A DNA stretch of 64,000 nt from Sminthopsis crassicaudata (Eukaryota): NCBI RefSeq assembly GCF_048593235.1, contig NC_133619.1, positions 649,552,558 to 649,616,557 of the forward strand, in the 5' to 3' direction. A program made the translations under genes and the position numbers. Shown here in pieces: positions 47,003 to 58,735 of the stretch (position 1 is the stretch's first letter; each line of letters opens with the position of its first letter). A model generated the notes under the pieces. It was not told the DNA's origin and did no database searches. It worked only from the letters and a program-made list of their open reading frames with translations.

Positions 47003-50000
47003 TCAGAGCCGAGCTTTCAGCAGCAGCAGGCCCCGCACGGCCCAGTCCAGGGTGAGATGTAATCCCCCCAGCACGGCGTGGGCTGCCTGGATCCCCCCCC
47101 AGGCTGAGCCTGGTGGGGCCAGAGGCGGGTTTGGGGCCTCGGGTGGAGGCTTAGGCAGGGAGAAACGAGCCATCTGTGAGAAAAGAAGGGACAGAAAGTC
47201 AGCAAGCCAGCGGCCAGGAGCGAATTGGGGCGGGGGGAGGCCTCCCGGACACTGGCATCAAGAATGCCCTGCTCTGGTTTCAACCCTGGGATCTCAGGGT
47301 GCCCTAGAACCCATCTCCTGTGTTCTGGATAAGGGATTGCTGGAACCTCCTGGGGGAGAAGGAACCGGACCCATACTTTCAGTCTTGGAAGAGAGGGCTT
47401 GGGTCTGTGTGTGTGTGAGGGGGGGAAAGAAGGTTCTAGGTTTGTGCCTTCATATCCAGTTATAAGACCTGAGTTGGATCTCACATCCAGAGGGCTGAGG
47501 GGTCTAGAGCCTCAAAGATCAGACTGGGGGTCTCCAGGTCCACGGTTTAGGGGCTCAAGGTTCATGGTCTCCAGGCCTGCGTTAGACATTTGGAGCTATA
47601 CTCTCTCGAGAGCCAAGAAGATTCATACTCTTGAGAGCCAGGGTTGGCCAGAGGTTATGGCGTGAGGGCCCCTAGGGCCTCAGCCAGCTCCCTCATGGCA
47701 GTTCTAGGGCTTATGACCCCAGGCCTAGGTCCTGGGGGAGGGCACAATCTCATAGCCTTTGGGCTGAGGGGAGCCCAGTCTCCCTCTGCCTCAAGATAGG
47801 GGGCTGCGTTGGGGGGGTCTGGGCCCTACCAAGATTTGCAGTCTCTTGAGCAGTCGGTCCAGCCGCACTTGCAAAGCCCCCAGCTCCGGGTCCAGGCTCC
47901 GAAGGGCCGGGCCCCCTGCTCGGCGGAGCCAGTGTACGTGCCAAAGGTAGCAGAGGAGGTCAGTCCGCAGACGGGTCAGCACGCTGGGGAGCTTACAAAG
48001 GGGACGCACAGTCATCGACCTTCCCCCAGCCCCAACCACCTTCGCCGCCCCACCCCTTTGAGTTCACTCACCTGCAGGGCCCCCATGGCCCCAAAGCTCA
48101 TCCCAGGGGTGGGCAAGGAGTCCAAGCTGTGATCTCCCTCTGCTGGGAACTTGGCTTTCTGCAGGGGGGGGGGGCAGGAAGGAAATGAGGAGGGGGGGAT
48201 CCTTCAGGACCCGCTCCCTCATGGCTCCTGACTCAGCTTGCTCCTCTCAAATCCTGACTTAGAATGAATGTCTGTCTCCCCCTGGCACCCTACCTCCCCA
48301 TCTGGCTCTGGAAAGCCGGGTCCCCGTCTCTTCCATGGCTCCATCCCGCCCTCCCTTCATTTCTGTCTCTGGATTTCCCACTGGCATCCTACCGCCCCGT
48401 CTCCCTCTGGAAAGCTTGGTCTCTTCCATGGCTCCAGCCATCCTCCCTTCATTTCTGTCTCTGGATTTCCCAGTCTCTCCCCCCGCATCATGTCTGTTGC
48501 ACAAGCTCCCCTCTCATCCCTCTCTGTCCTTGCTTTTAGCCCGTGCCCACTTCTGTGCCAAGCAGCCAGCCATCTGGGGGTCTCTGGTTCTGTCCCTGAG
48601 CGTTTCCTTACCTACCTGCGTATCTCACTGGCTTCCCATCCTCCTCTGCTGTCTGTCTCTCTCTCTCCCTCTCTGGCCACCTCGGTTTGCCTTTCCGTCC
48701 TTGAGTGTTTCCTTGGCAACCTGTTTCTATCTAACTCTGTCCCTGGGATACCACTCCCTCCCTCCCTCCCTCTCTGTGTGTGTCTGTGTGTGTGTGTCTC
48801 CTCTGTCNNNNNNNNNNNNNNNNNNNNNNNNNNNNNNNNNNNNNNNNNNNNNNNNNNNNNNNNNNNNNNNNNNNNNNNNNNNNNNNNNNNNNNNNNNNNN
48901 NNNNNNNNNNNNNNNNNNNNNNNNNNNNNNNNNNNNNNNTATTTCAATCTTTCTCAATTCTCCTCTCCCCCCCTCCCTGTATCCCTCCCTCGCAGCCCCG
49001 CGTCTCGCCCCCTCCACCCCCTAGCTTTCTGTCTCCTTTCAGCGTTCGCCGACCCACCTCTGGTGTCTGGGTGTCTCTGTCTCCCGCCCCAGCTCTCTGG
49101 GTGCCGGGGCCTCTCGCTTTCTTTCCCGGGCGAGCCCAGATGGGGAGGGGGAGGAGGGAGGAGAGCAGAGAAGGGGGCGGGGTCTCACCAGCTGAGCGGC
49201 GAGCTGCCGGGTTTCTCGGAGGAGCCCCCGGGTGAGGAGCACGGCGCTGTCCAGCTCAGCTCGGGACTCCCCGGGGCCCGGGGCGGGGGCGCCGCGGGGG
49301 GCCCCGGGGGGCAGCGGGGGTGCTGAGGCCCCAGCTCGGCTGGGCCACAGGCTAAGCACGGCCAGGACTACGCGGCACAAACCTGGGGGGAGGAAACAGC
49401 CACGGGGAGCGACGGGCTAAGGCCGGGGCTCCGGGGACCTCGGGGCCCTGAGGGGGCGGACGGGATCGGGCTCCCTCCCCTCCTCCCTGGAAGGCAGGGG
49501 CCCCGCCCAGCAGAGCAGACGCGGCCCGGGGCGAGCAGACGGGCCGGGCGTCTCCCTCCGCCCCCGGACGCCGGAATCCCGGCCCTGAGGGGTGGGGGGT
49601 AGAGGGGAGGTGCAGGCCACGACCTGCCCCCCGCGCCCCCCAGTCCGCAGACGCCCACAGCCAGGACCCGCGGGGAGATCCAGTCGGGGGCAAGGTCTCC
49701 CCGAGTCTCTGTTTCGGATTATTCCCGTCTCCCGGTCTCTGAGTGTGTCTCTGCCCGAGTCCCACCCACCCCCAGCCCGGGCCCTAGACACAGACTGCGG
49801 GGGCAGCGGCCCGGCGCCCGCCCCCCTCGACAGCCCCGGGCGCGGGCTCAGCTGCCTCCACACTCCCGGGGAGAAGCTCACACACGGGGATTCACACGCT
49901 GGGGCACAGAGAAGCGGGAGCAGAAACCCAGAGACCTGGGGACGGAGAGACAGTGGAGGAGAGAGACAGAGACAGACACAGAGACAGAGATAGACAGACA

Positions 50001-51380
50001 GAGACACAGGGNNNNNNNNNNNNNNNNNNNNNNNNNNNNNNNNNNNNNNNNNNNNNNNNNNNNNNNNNNNNNNNNNNNNNNNNNNNNNNNNNNNNNNNNN
50101 NNNNNNNNNNNNNNNNNNNNNNNNNNNNNNNNNNNNNNNNNNNNNNNAGGGAGAGAGACAGAGATAGACAGACACACAGAAAGACAGAGACATAGAAACA
50201 GAGAAAGAGATAGATAGAGAGAGAGAGACAGAGACAGACAGACAGAGACACAGGGAGAGAGACATAGACAGAGAGAGACACACAGAAAGAAAGAGACAGA
50301 AATAGAAACAGAGACAGAGAGACAGAGAGAAACAGACAGACAGACCGCAGGGAGGGAGACACAGAAAGACAGAGAGACAGAGACAGGCGGAGAAACTAAT
50401 AGAAACGCCAGCCTGGGAAAGAACCCGAGGCAGGTGCAAAGGCCACCCAGACCCGAGCCCTTGAGCTAGGGCAAAAGGCAACAGATTCAAGGCAGCCCAA
50501 TGGAGAGATAAGGGACAGAGCCACTGAGGCAGGGGAGAGACTTAGGGAACGAGGCTGGAGCTCCCGAGGCAGGCTTGGGGAAGGATCTAAGGAGTGAGAG
50601 GGACAGAGCTGAGAGACTGGAAGAAAACCAAAGCCCAGGCTCTCCCCCCCCCCACTCCCTAGCCCTAGGCTCAGCCCTGGGGGAACCCCCACCCCGCCTG
50701 CCCAACGGAGCCAATCAGAGGCTCCCCCACAGCCCAGCCTCCTTCCCCTCCCATCTCCTCCCCTTTCCCTGTCACCCAGAGTGTCTTTGCTCTTTCTGGG
50801 TCCTTCCGGCCCGGCCTTCGGATCTGTCTGTGGGCTACTGCCTGGCCATTGGTCCCCAGCCCTCCTGGGTGCTGGACCTCCGCTCTCTGGGGGCCGGCAC
50901 CTCCGCTTCATGCCTGGCTCCCTCTCTCCCGGCCTTCTTGTGGGCTCCCTCTCCCCAGGGCTGGCTGTGGCTCCCTCTCTCCCGGCCTTCTTGTGGGCTC
51001 CCTCTCCCCGGGGCTGGCTGTGGCTCCCTCTCCCCGGGGCTGGCTGTGGCTCCCTCTCCCGGGGCTGGCTGTGGCTCCCTCTCCCGGGGCTGGCTGTGGC
51101 TCCCTCTCCCCGGGGCTGGCTGTGGCTCCCTCTCCCCGGGGCTGGCTGTGGCTCCCTCTCCCCGGGGCTGGCTGCGGCCCCCCTCCAGCTCTGGGCCCTC
51201 CACTGCCTTCACCTCCTGTAGCTGGCTGCCTGCGGGCCCCACCTTCTCTTGGGTCTCATTCATTCATCGCCCTCCGCCTGCCTCTGTCCCCCTCCCGCGT
51301 GCTCCCCCCTGCCCGGGGTCCCTCCCCCTCGCCCTCCCTCTGCCCCACGCCCTATGAACTTGAGGGAACTTACTGTCCAT
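47003..51380 (-). CDS. IL11: Interleukin-11, 206 aa
   Basis: Exons (minus) 51380-51374 (7 nt), 49382-49189, 48158-48072, 47991-47830 (AAG acceptor), 47173-47003; total 621 nt. MDSLCRVVLAVLSLWP...RAELDSAVLLTRGLL.ETRQLAAQL.AKFPAEGDHSLDSLP...LPSVLTRLRTDLL...AWGGIQAAHAVLGGLHLTLDWAVRGLLLLKARL. Confidence 0.97.
48808..48939. other. Assembly gap (132 N) in IL11 intron 2
   Basis: N run. Further gaps at 50012-50147 (136 N) and 53630-53767 (138 N), all flanked by simple repeats. Confidence 1.
50916..51180. repeat. ~26-bp minisatellite in IL11 intron 1
   Basis: About 10 copies of ggctccctctccccggggctggctgt. Confidence 0.9.
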
Positions 51381-51685
51381 ATCCCCACACTCAGGCTGGG
51401 GTTGGGCTCCAGGCTCCGTCCCCAGGGACGGTGGGGGAGGGGGCGTCTTGGTCTTAACCCCTCCCAGGCCAGGTCAGCCCAGTGAGCCTCACTTTGGTGT
51501 CAGGGGACCCTGGGGTCAGGCAGGCCAGATCAAGGTGGGGGGAGGCATGTGGCAGCGTGTTGGGTTGGATTGCCTGTGTGTGTGAGAGAGAGGGAGGGAG
51601 GGAGAGACTGGGAGAGACAGGGAGAGAGGGAGTGAGACAGAGAGAGAGTTGGGGAGTAAAGGAGTATGTGAGTGAGGCCGGGGGG

Positions 51686-51810
51686 TTATATAGGGGGCTG
51701 GGACCGGGCTCAGCCGGGTAGGGGCTGGGGCAGGGGCCAGGGCCCAGCCACCGCCCGCTCGGGAGGGGAGGGAAGGGGGGGAGGGAGGGAGCCTGACACA
51801 TCCTGACTCA
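51686..51810 (-). promoter_or_regulatory. IL11 core promoter: TATA box plus two AP-1 sites
   Basis: Minus-strand TATATAA at 51692-51686; TGAGTCA at 51810-51804 and TGTGTCA at 51800-51794 (tgagtcaggatgtgtcagg, as recalled for the human IL11 promoter). Confidence 0.85.
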
Positions 51811-52126
51811 CTCTCCCCAGCCCCAGCCCCAGCTCCAGCCCCAGCCCCGGCCCGGCCTGGGAAGGAGGGGGGAGGAGGGGAGGGGGGAGGCCGAGCCGGG
51901 ACACACGGGGGGCCCGAAGGGGACCCACTGAGCTCATCACCCTTCCCTCCCTCCCACCACACCGAGCCCGAGACAGGGAGGACACCGGGAAAATGGTGGG
52001 GCACTGAGAGGCTCGAGGCTGGGGACCGGAGGGAGGGAGCTGCCCAGACACATTGGACAGAACGGATGCAAGAGGGCCCGGGCAGCTCAGAATGGGAGGG
52101 GGCACACAGACACCCAGGGACCCGCA

Positions 52127-52972
52127 GGGACAGCCGGCCGTGGTGGGGACGGAGGGCCGTGGTGGGGGACAGCAGGCCGTGGTGGGGGACAGCAGGCCGT
52201 GGTGGGGGACAGCAGGCCGTGGTGGGGGACAGCAGGCCGTGGTGGGGGACAGCAGGCTGTGGTGGGGGACAGCAGGCCGCGGTGGGGGACAGCAGGCCGT
52301 GGTGAGGGACAGCAGGCCGTGGTGAGGGACAGCAGGCCGTGGTGGGGGACAGCAGGCCATGGTGGGGGACGGAGGGCCGTGGTGGGGGACAGCAGGCCAT
52401 GGTGGGGAACGGAGGGCCATGGTGGGGGACAGCAGGCCATGGTGGGGAACGGAGGGCCGTGGTGGGGGACAGCAGGCCATGGTGGGGGACAGCAGGCCGT
52501 GGTGGGGGACAGCAGGCCGTGGTGAGGGACAGCAGGCCGTGGTGAGGGACAGCAGGCCGTGGTGAGGGACAGCAGGCCGTGGTGGGGGACAGCAGGCCAT
52601 GGTGGGGGACGGAGGGCCGTGGTGGGGGACAGCAGGCCATGGTGGGGAACGGAGGGCCGTGGTGGGGGACAGCAGGCCATGGTGGGGGACAGCAGGCCGT
52701 GGTGGGGGACAGCAGGCCGTGGTGAGGGACAGCAGGCCGTGGTGAGGGACAGCAGGCCGTGGTGGGGGACAGCAGGCCATGGTGGGGGACGGAGGGCCGT
52801 GGTGGGGGACAGCAGGCCATGGTGGGGAACGGAGGGCCGTGGTGGGGGACAGCAGGCCATGGTGGGGGACGGAGGGCCGTGGTGGGGGACAGCAGGCCGT
52901 GGTGGGGGACAGCAGGCCATGGTGGGGGGACAGCAGGCCGTGGTGGGGGACAGCAGGCCATGGTGGGGGACA
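52127..52972. repeat. 20-bp G-rich VNTR (~42 copies) upstream of IL11
   Basis: Unit (g/a)tggtg(g/a)gg(g/a)ac(agca/ggag)ggcc, with recurring higher-order blocks of variants. Confidence 0.95.
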
Positions 52973-54765
52973 GAGGCTGAAGTGAGACACCCAGAGGGAA
53001 GAAAAGATTAACTAAGGCTGAAACCAGGATGCCCAGGGACCCAGGACTGGCAGGCCCAGAGATGGGCAAGGACACACACATAGGGCCATGCGGAGTCACT
53101 ATGGAGAGCAGGCGCCCAGAGACCCACCCGCTGAGCCGCCCAGGTGTAAAGCCACTGATCTGGAGACAAGGAATGAAGGAGACTTAGAGGGTTACGGCCC
53201 GGATGGGGAGAGAAAGACCTCAGTGAATCTAGAGATGGGCAGAGATGGGCAGACTAACGAGAGCAAACCAGCAGCACCTGAGACCAAAACCCTGAGCGGG
53301 GAGGGGGAAAGGTGGGAGAGGGGAGAGACACAGAGACAGAGACAGTGACAGTGACAGAGACACACACACAGAGGAGGGAGGGAGAGAAGGAAGGAGGAGG
53401 GCAGAGGGAGAAAGGGGGAAGGAGAGACAGAGGGAAGGGAGGGAGGGAAGAATGAGGGAGAAAGGTGGGAGTGTGTGTAAAAAAGAGGAGGGATGGGGTG
53501 AGGAGAAAGGGAGGGAGGGGAGAGAGGAAGGGAAAAAAGAGGGAAGGAGGAAGGGAAGAAAAAGAGAGGGAGACAAGGAAAAAGGAAGGGGAGAGAGAGA
53601 AAGGGGGAGGGAAGAAAGGGAAAAGGAGANNNNNNNNNNNNNNNNNNNNNNNNNNNNNNNNNNNNNNNNNNNNNNNNNNNNNNNNNNNNNNNNNNNNNNN
53701 NNNNNNNNNNNNNNNNNNNNNNNNNNNNNNNNNNNNNNNNNNNNNNNNNNNNNNNNNNNNNNNNNNNACAGGGAGGGATGGGGTGGAGGAGAGAGGAAGG
53801 GAGGGAGGGAGAAAGGGGGAAGGAGAAAGATGGAGGGGAGGGAAAGAGGGAGAAAGAGGAGCGGGAGGAAGAGGGGAGGGAGGGAGAATCTTAGGGACCC
53901 CCGGGAGAGACAACCGAAGGGTAACCTCTCAAAGCTGGCAAGTGAGAGTGAGACGAGCCCAAAGGATAGCAAGCGAGGGGGAGGAGACTGAGGCAGGGAA
54001 GGGGCAGAGCCCCTGAAACGGAGCCGGGGAAGGAGACCCCGAGCTAGAGAGCAGCCGGGAGCGCCAGATGGAGAAAGGCTGAGAGAAGCGGCGCCAGGAG
54101 GGCAGGTTGGGTGGGGGCCCTGGCCGGCTCTGGCGGCCCTGCCGGCTTTGCTGACGAACGGGGGAGGGGCAGAGGGGGTCCCTTGTGGGGGGTCCTGGGG
54201 AAGGTGACATCATATACCCCAGCGTGGGACATGATCTCATAGGTCAGGTGATCAAGCCCTACCTTCCCAACTACAAAGGGAAACCGAGGCAGGGGGGCAC
54301 CCCCGGCTCTGACCACCAGCCTCCTGGTCTCCACCCCGCAGGGGGCAGTTTCCGGGAGGTGACTCAGTGTGGGGGGCCAGAGGCCGCATCAGCCCTGACG
54401 TAGATGCCATTCCCCCACCCCCACCCCAGGTCAGCAGTCAAAGTGAGTCAGGCCCCGGGGCAGGGGGATTCACTGACTGGGGGAGGGGAAGAGCAGCTCC
54501 AAGTGTCAGGGACCTTCCCCATGGCTAGACTTTGGGACTGGGTCCTTGTTCCCTTGGGGCCCACCTGGGCCGGGGTATTCACTCTCATGGGGAGAGCCAG
54601 GGGGAGTGGGGGGGGAGGGGCTGTGTCAGAGACCTGACCCCTCCACTGGAAGAGGGGGAGGGGCTGCCTTAGCCCTGGGAAAGTCTAGAGCGCCAGAAGG
54701 ATGCTTACCTGGCAAGGAATCCTATGGGACCATTTTACAGAGGGGAAAATTGAAGAGTGTGATTG

Positions 54766-56028
54766 AGTGTGTGTGTGTAAATGTGTGTGAGGTATGAGTG
54801 TGTGTAAATGTGTGTGTGAGATATGAGTGTGTTTGTGTGTGTGTAAATGTGTGTGAGGTATGAGTGTGTGTAAATGTGTGTGTGAGATATGAGTGTGTTT
54901 GTGTGTGTGTAAATGTGTGTGAGGTATGAGTGTGTGTAAATGTGTGTGTGAGGTATGAGTGTGTTTGTGTGTGTGTAAATGTGTGTGTGAGGTATGAGTG
55001 TGTTTGTGTGTAAATGTGTGTGAGGTATGAGTTTGTGTAAATGTGTGTGTGTAAATGTGTGTGTGTGAGGTATGAGTGTGTGTGTGTGTAAATGTGTGTG
55101 AGGTATGAGTTTGTGTAAATGTGTGTGTGTAAATGTGTGTGTGTGAGGTATGAGTGTGTTTGTGTGTGTGTAAATGTGTGTGTGTGAGGTATGAGTGTGT
55201 TTGTGTGTGTGTAAATGTGTGTGAGGTATGAGTGTGTGTAAATGTGTGTGTGTGAGGTATGAGTGTGTTTGTGTATGTAAATGTGTGTGAGGTATGAGTG
55301 TGTGTAAATGTGTGTGTGAGGTATGAGTGTGTTTGTGTGTGTGTAAATGTGTGTGAGGTATGAGTGTGTGTGTTTGTGTGTGAAGTATAAGTGTGTGTGT
55401 TTGTGTGTGGTATCAATGTGTGTGAATGTGTGTGTGAGGTATGAGTGTGTGTTTGTGTGTGAAGTATGAGTGTGTGTGTTTGTGTATGGTATGTATGTGT
55501 GTGAATGTGTGTAAATGTGTGTGAGGTAGGAGTGAGTGTGTTTATGTATGAGGTATGAGTGTGTTTGTGTGTGTGTAAATGTGTGTGAGGTATGAGTGTG
55601 TTTGTGTGTGTGTGAAGTATAAGTGTGTGTGTTTGTGTGTGTGGTATCAATGTGTGTGAATGTGTGTGTGAGGTATGAGTGTGTGTGTTTGTGTATGGTA
55701 TGTATGTGTGTGAATGTGTGTAAATGTGTGTGAGGTAGGAGTGAGTGTGTTTGTGTGTGAGGTATGAGTGTGTGTTTGTGTGTGTGTAAATGTGTGTAAG
55801 GTATGAGTGTGTGTTTGTGTGTGAGGTATGAGTGTGTGTGTGTTTGTGTATGGTATGTATGTGTGTGAATGTGTGTAAATGTGTGTGAGGTAGGAGTGAG
55901 TGTGTTTGTGTGTGAGGTATGAGTGTGTGTTTGTGTGTGTGTAAATGTGTGTAAGGTATGAGTGTGTGTTTGTGTGTGAGGTATGAGTGTGTGTTTGTGT
56001 GTGTGTAAATAAATGTGTGTGAGGTATG

Positions 56029-56070
<42 letters not shown>
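54766..56070. repeat. Complex TG-rich satellite (~1.3 kb)
   Basis: Units such as gtgtgtgtaaatgtgtgtgaggtatgagt; ends in pure (TG)n. Confidence 0.95.
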
Positions 56071-56099
56071 TTTGCTGAAGCTTGCTGGCCATAACCCAG

Positions 56100-56880
56100 A
56101 CGGATCTCCTCGGGCTCTCACTTTGGGGGGGCTCTGAGGGGCTGGGGCCCGAGCCCGAGGCTGACCCGGCACCGTTCTCAGGGGATTGGGGGGGGGGCCG
56201 CGAAGGAGGGGCCGGGAAAGCCCTTGGGCATCCAAGGGAGCCAGGCCGGCCGGGAGGCGGGACGCAGGGGGGAGAGAGGCCGGAGAAGGCAGGGGCCGCG
56301 GAGGCCGAAGCCGCGCAGGAAGCCGGAGCGCGGGAGCCAGGGGGCGGCTGCTCCGGGGGGCTCCCTAGGTGGGGTGGGCTGTGAGCTCAGCGGGCGGGGG
56401 GGGGGGTGTCTGCCGGGCCGAGGCCGCGGGGGGCCGTCTGGGCCGCGGAGAGGGTGACGGGCCGGCGGCCGCAGGAGCAGGGGCAGCCTGTCATTAGTGG
56501 TGTGGGCCAGTGACGGAGGGCCCGGCCCCACAGGGAGCCCGCCCCCAGCCCCCCACCCCCTCATTGATCTGAAAAGAATCCCAGGAATGGGAAGTTGGTC
56601 CGGGCGCTGTTGACACAGGAAACGCGGCGGCCACGGCTCGGGCCGCCCCCCCCACCCCTCCCACCTGACCGTGGCAACTCTGACGGAGACGCCGGCCCCT
56701 CAGCCCACATGTTTACTGGGGGGGGGGGGGGGGGGGGCGGCGGTTACCGGCAGTCTCACCTCCTCCCCATTCGCTCTGCCCCGGCCCAGGTGCCTTCCCG
56801 CTGCCTCATCGCACTCTGGGAGCCAGCCGGGGCCCACGGCCACATCCCTTCCCTTCTCAGGGCCCCCCATCCGGAGTCCC
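56100..56880. promoter_or_regulatory. CpG island / candidate enhancer between IL11 and TMEM190
   Basis: CpG-dense, no credible CDS; AGGAATG (TEAD-like) ~56583, CAGGAAAC (ETS-like) ~56616, TGTTTAC (FOX-like) ~56710. Motif matches only. Confidence 0.45.
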
Positions 56881-57580
56881 GGTTCCTGAGCCTCCTCTAT
56901 GAGGGACCCCCATTCTGAGTCCCCTGCACCCGGTTCCTGAGCCTCCTCTATGAGGGACCCCCATTCTGAGTCCCCTGCACCCGGTTCCTGAGCCTCCTCT
57001 ATGAGGGCCCCCCATTCTGAGTCCCCTGCACCCGGTTCCTGAGCCTCCTCTATGAGGGACTCCCATTCTGAGTCCCCCTGCACCCGGTTCCTGAGCCTCC
57101 TCTATGAGAGACCCCCATTCTGAGTCCCCTGCACCCGGTTCCTGAGCCTCCTCTATGAGGGACCCCCATTCTGAGTCCCCTGCACCCGGTTCCTGAGCCT
57201 CCTCTATGAGGGACTCCCATTCTGAGTCCCCCTGCACCCGGTTCCTGAGCCTCCTCTATGAGGGACCCCCATTCTGAGTCCCCTGCACCCGGTTCCTGAG
57301 CCTCCTCTATGAGGGACCCCCATTCTGAGTCCCCTGCACCCGGTTCCTGAGCCTCCTCTATGAGGGACTCCCATTCTGAGTCCCCTGCACCCGGTTCCTG
57401 AGCCTCCTCTATGAGGGACCCCCATTCTGAGTCCCCTGCACCCGGTTCCTGAGCCTCCTCTATGAGGGACTCCCATTCTGAGTCCCCTGCACCCGGTTCC
57501 TGAGCCTCCTCTATGAGGGACCCCCATTCTGAGTCCCCTGCACCCGGTTCCTGAGCCTCCTCTATGAGGACCCCCATTCT
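56861..57580. repeat. 51-bp VNTR (~14 copies)
   Basis: ggttcctgag at 56881, 56932 and onward; unit cccattctgagtcccctgcacccggttcctgagcctcctctatgaggga(c/t)c; occasional 52-bp copies. Confidence 0.95.
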
Positions 57581-57691
57581 GATCCTCCCAGGCCCCTCAG
57601 GGACCTTAATGGCTCATCCATGTCTCCCTTCAAGGAAGGAGGCTCTACCCCAGCCTCTGGTATATGCAGCCCTCTCTTCCCTGGGGATGCA

Positions 57692-58649
57692 AACACTCTC
57701 TCATCTCACACACAAGCACACACTGTTATCTCACACATATTCACACACACTCATACCTCACACTCACACAAGCTCTCATCTCACACACAAATTCACTCTC
57801 TTACCTCACACTCACACACATTCACCCACACTCCTACCTCACACACACAAAGTCACACACTTTCTCATCTCACACACAAATTCACTCTCTTACCTCACAC
57901 TCTACATTCACATACTCATACTTTACCCTCACACTCACATATTCACTCTCTTACCTCACACTCACACACATTCACCCACACTCCCTACCTCACACTCACA
58001 TATTCACCCACACTCCTACCTCACACACACACTCATTTCACACAAATTCACACACTTACCTCACACTCACACACATTCACCCACACTCCTACCTCACACA
58101 CACAAAGTCACACACTTTCTCATCTCAAACACAAACTCACTCACTGTCATCCATTCATTCATCTTAACACATACACATTAATCTCTCTCCCACACACATA
58201 CACACTCACCTCACACACTCTCATTGCACACTCGTCACTCACACAAATACATTCGTCTCAGACACTCACGAACACTAATCTCGTACATACACTTTTCTCA
58301 CTCACACGCATTTATCACATACACACACTCCTCTCACACACATACACATTCTCTCATCTCACACTACACAATATACAATACACACAAATACACAATACAT
58401 GATACACAACACAATCACACATACACTCATCACACACTCCTCACATACATTCTCATCTCTCATACATGCACACTCTGCTCACACTCACACACATTCTCTC
58501 ATCTCACAGCCACACTCCTCACACATTCTCTGTCATGCACTCACACACATACTCTGATCTCACACTTCATCTCACACACTCAAATACACTGTCATCTCAG
58601 ACATATACACTCATCTCATACATGCACACTCTTCTCACACATATCCTCA

Positions 58650-58695
<46 letters not shown>

Positions 58696-58735
58696 CTTTC
58701 GCACACACATTGTCTCATCTCACACACACTCTCTC
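57692..58735. repeat. Complex CA-rich satellite (~1 kb)
   Basis: Units such as cacacattcacccacactcctacctcacac; pure (CA)n near 58650-58692. Confidence 0.9.

Noticed and set aside
51516-53099. 527-aa and 426-aa Cys/His/Pro repeat ORFs
   Set aside because: The 20-bp VNTR has no stop in any frame; they run through the IL11 promoter; TTG starts.
54701-54716. U1 snRNA-like atgcttacctggca
   Set aside because: Only ~14 nt match; it is simply a consensus 5' splice-site sequence on the minus strand (CAG|GTAAGC); no snRNA body follows.
54685-56235. 516-aa and 456-aa His/Thr-rich ORFs (also 57564-58918)
   Set aside because: Translation of TG/CA satellites.
56700-57577. ORFs with the 17-aa repeat SLIEEAQEPGAGDSEWG
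   Set aside because: The frame switches wherever a unit gains a C, so frame is not preserved; no splice or start context.
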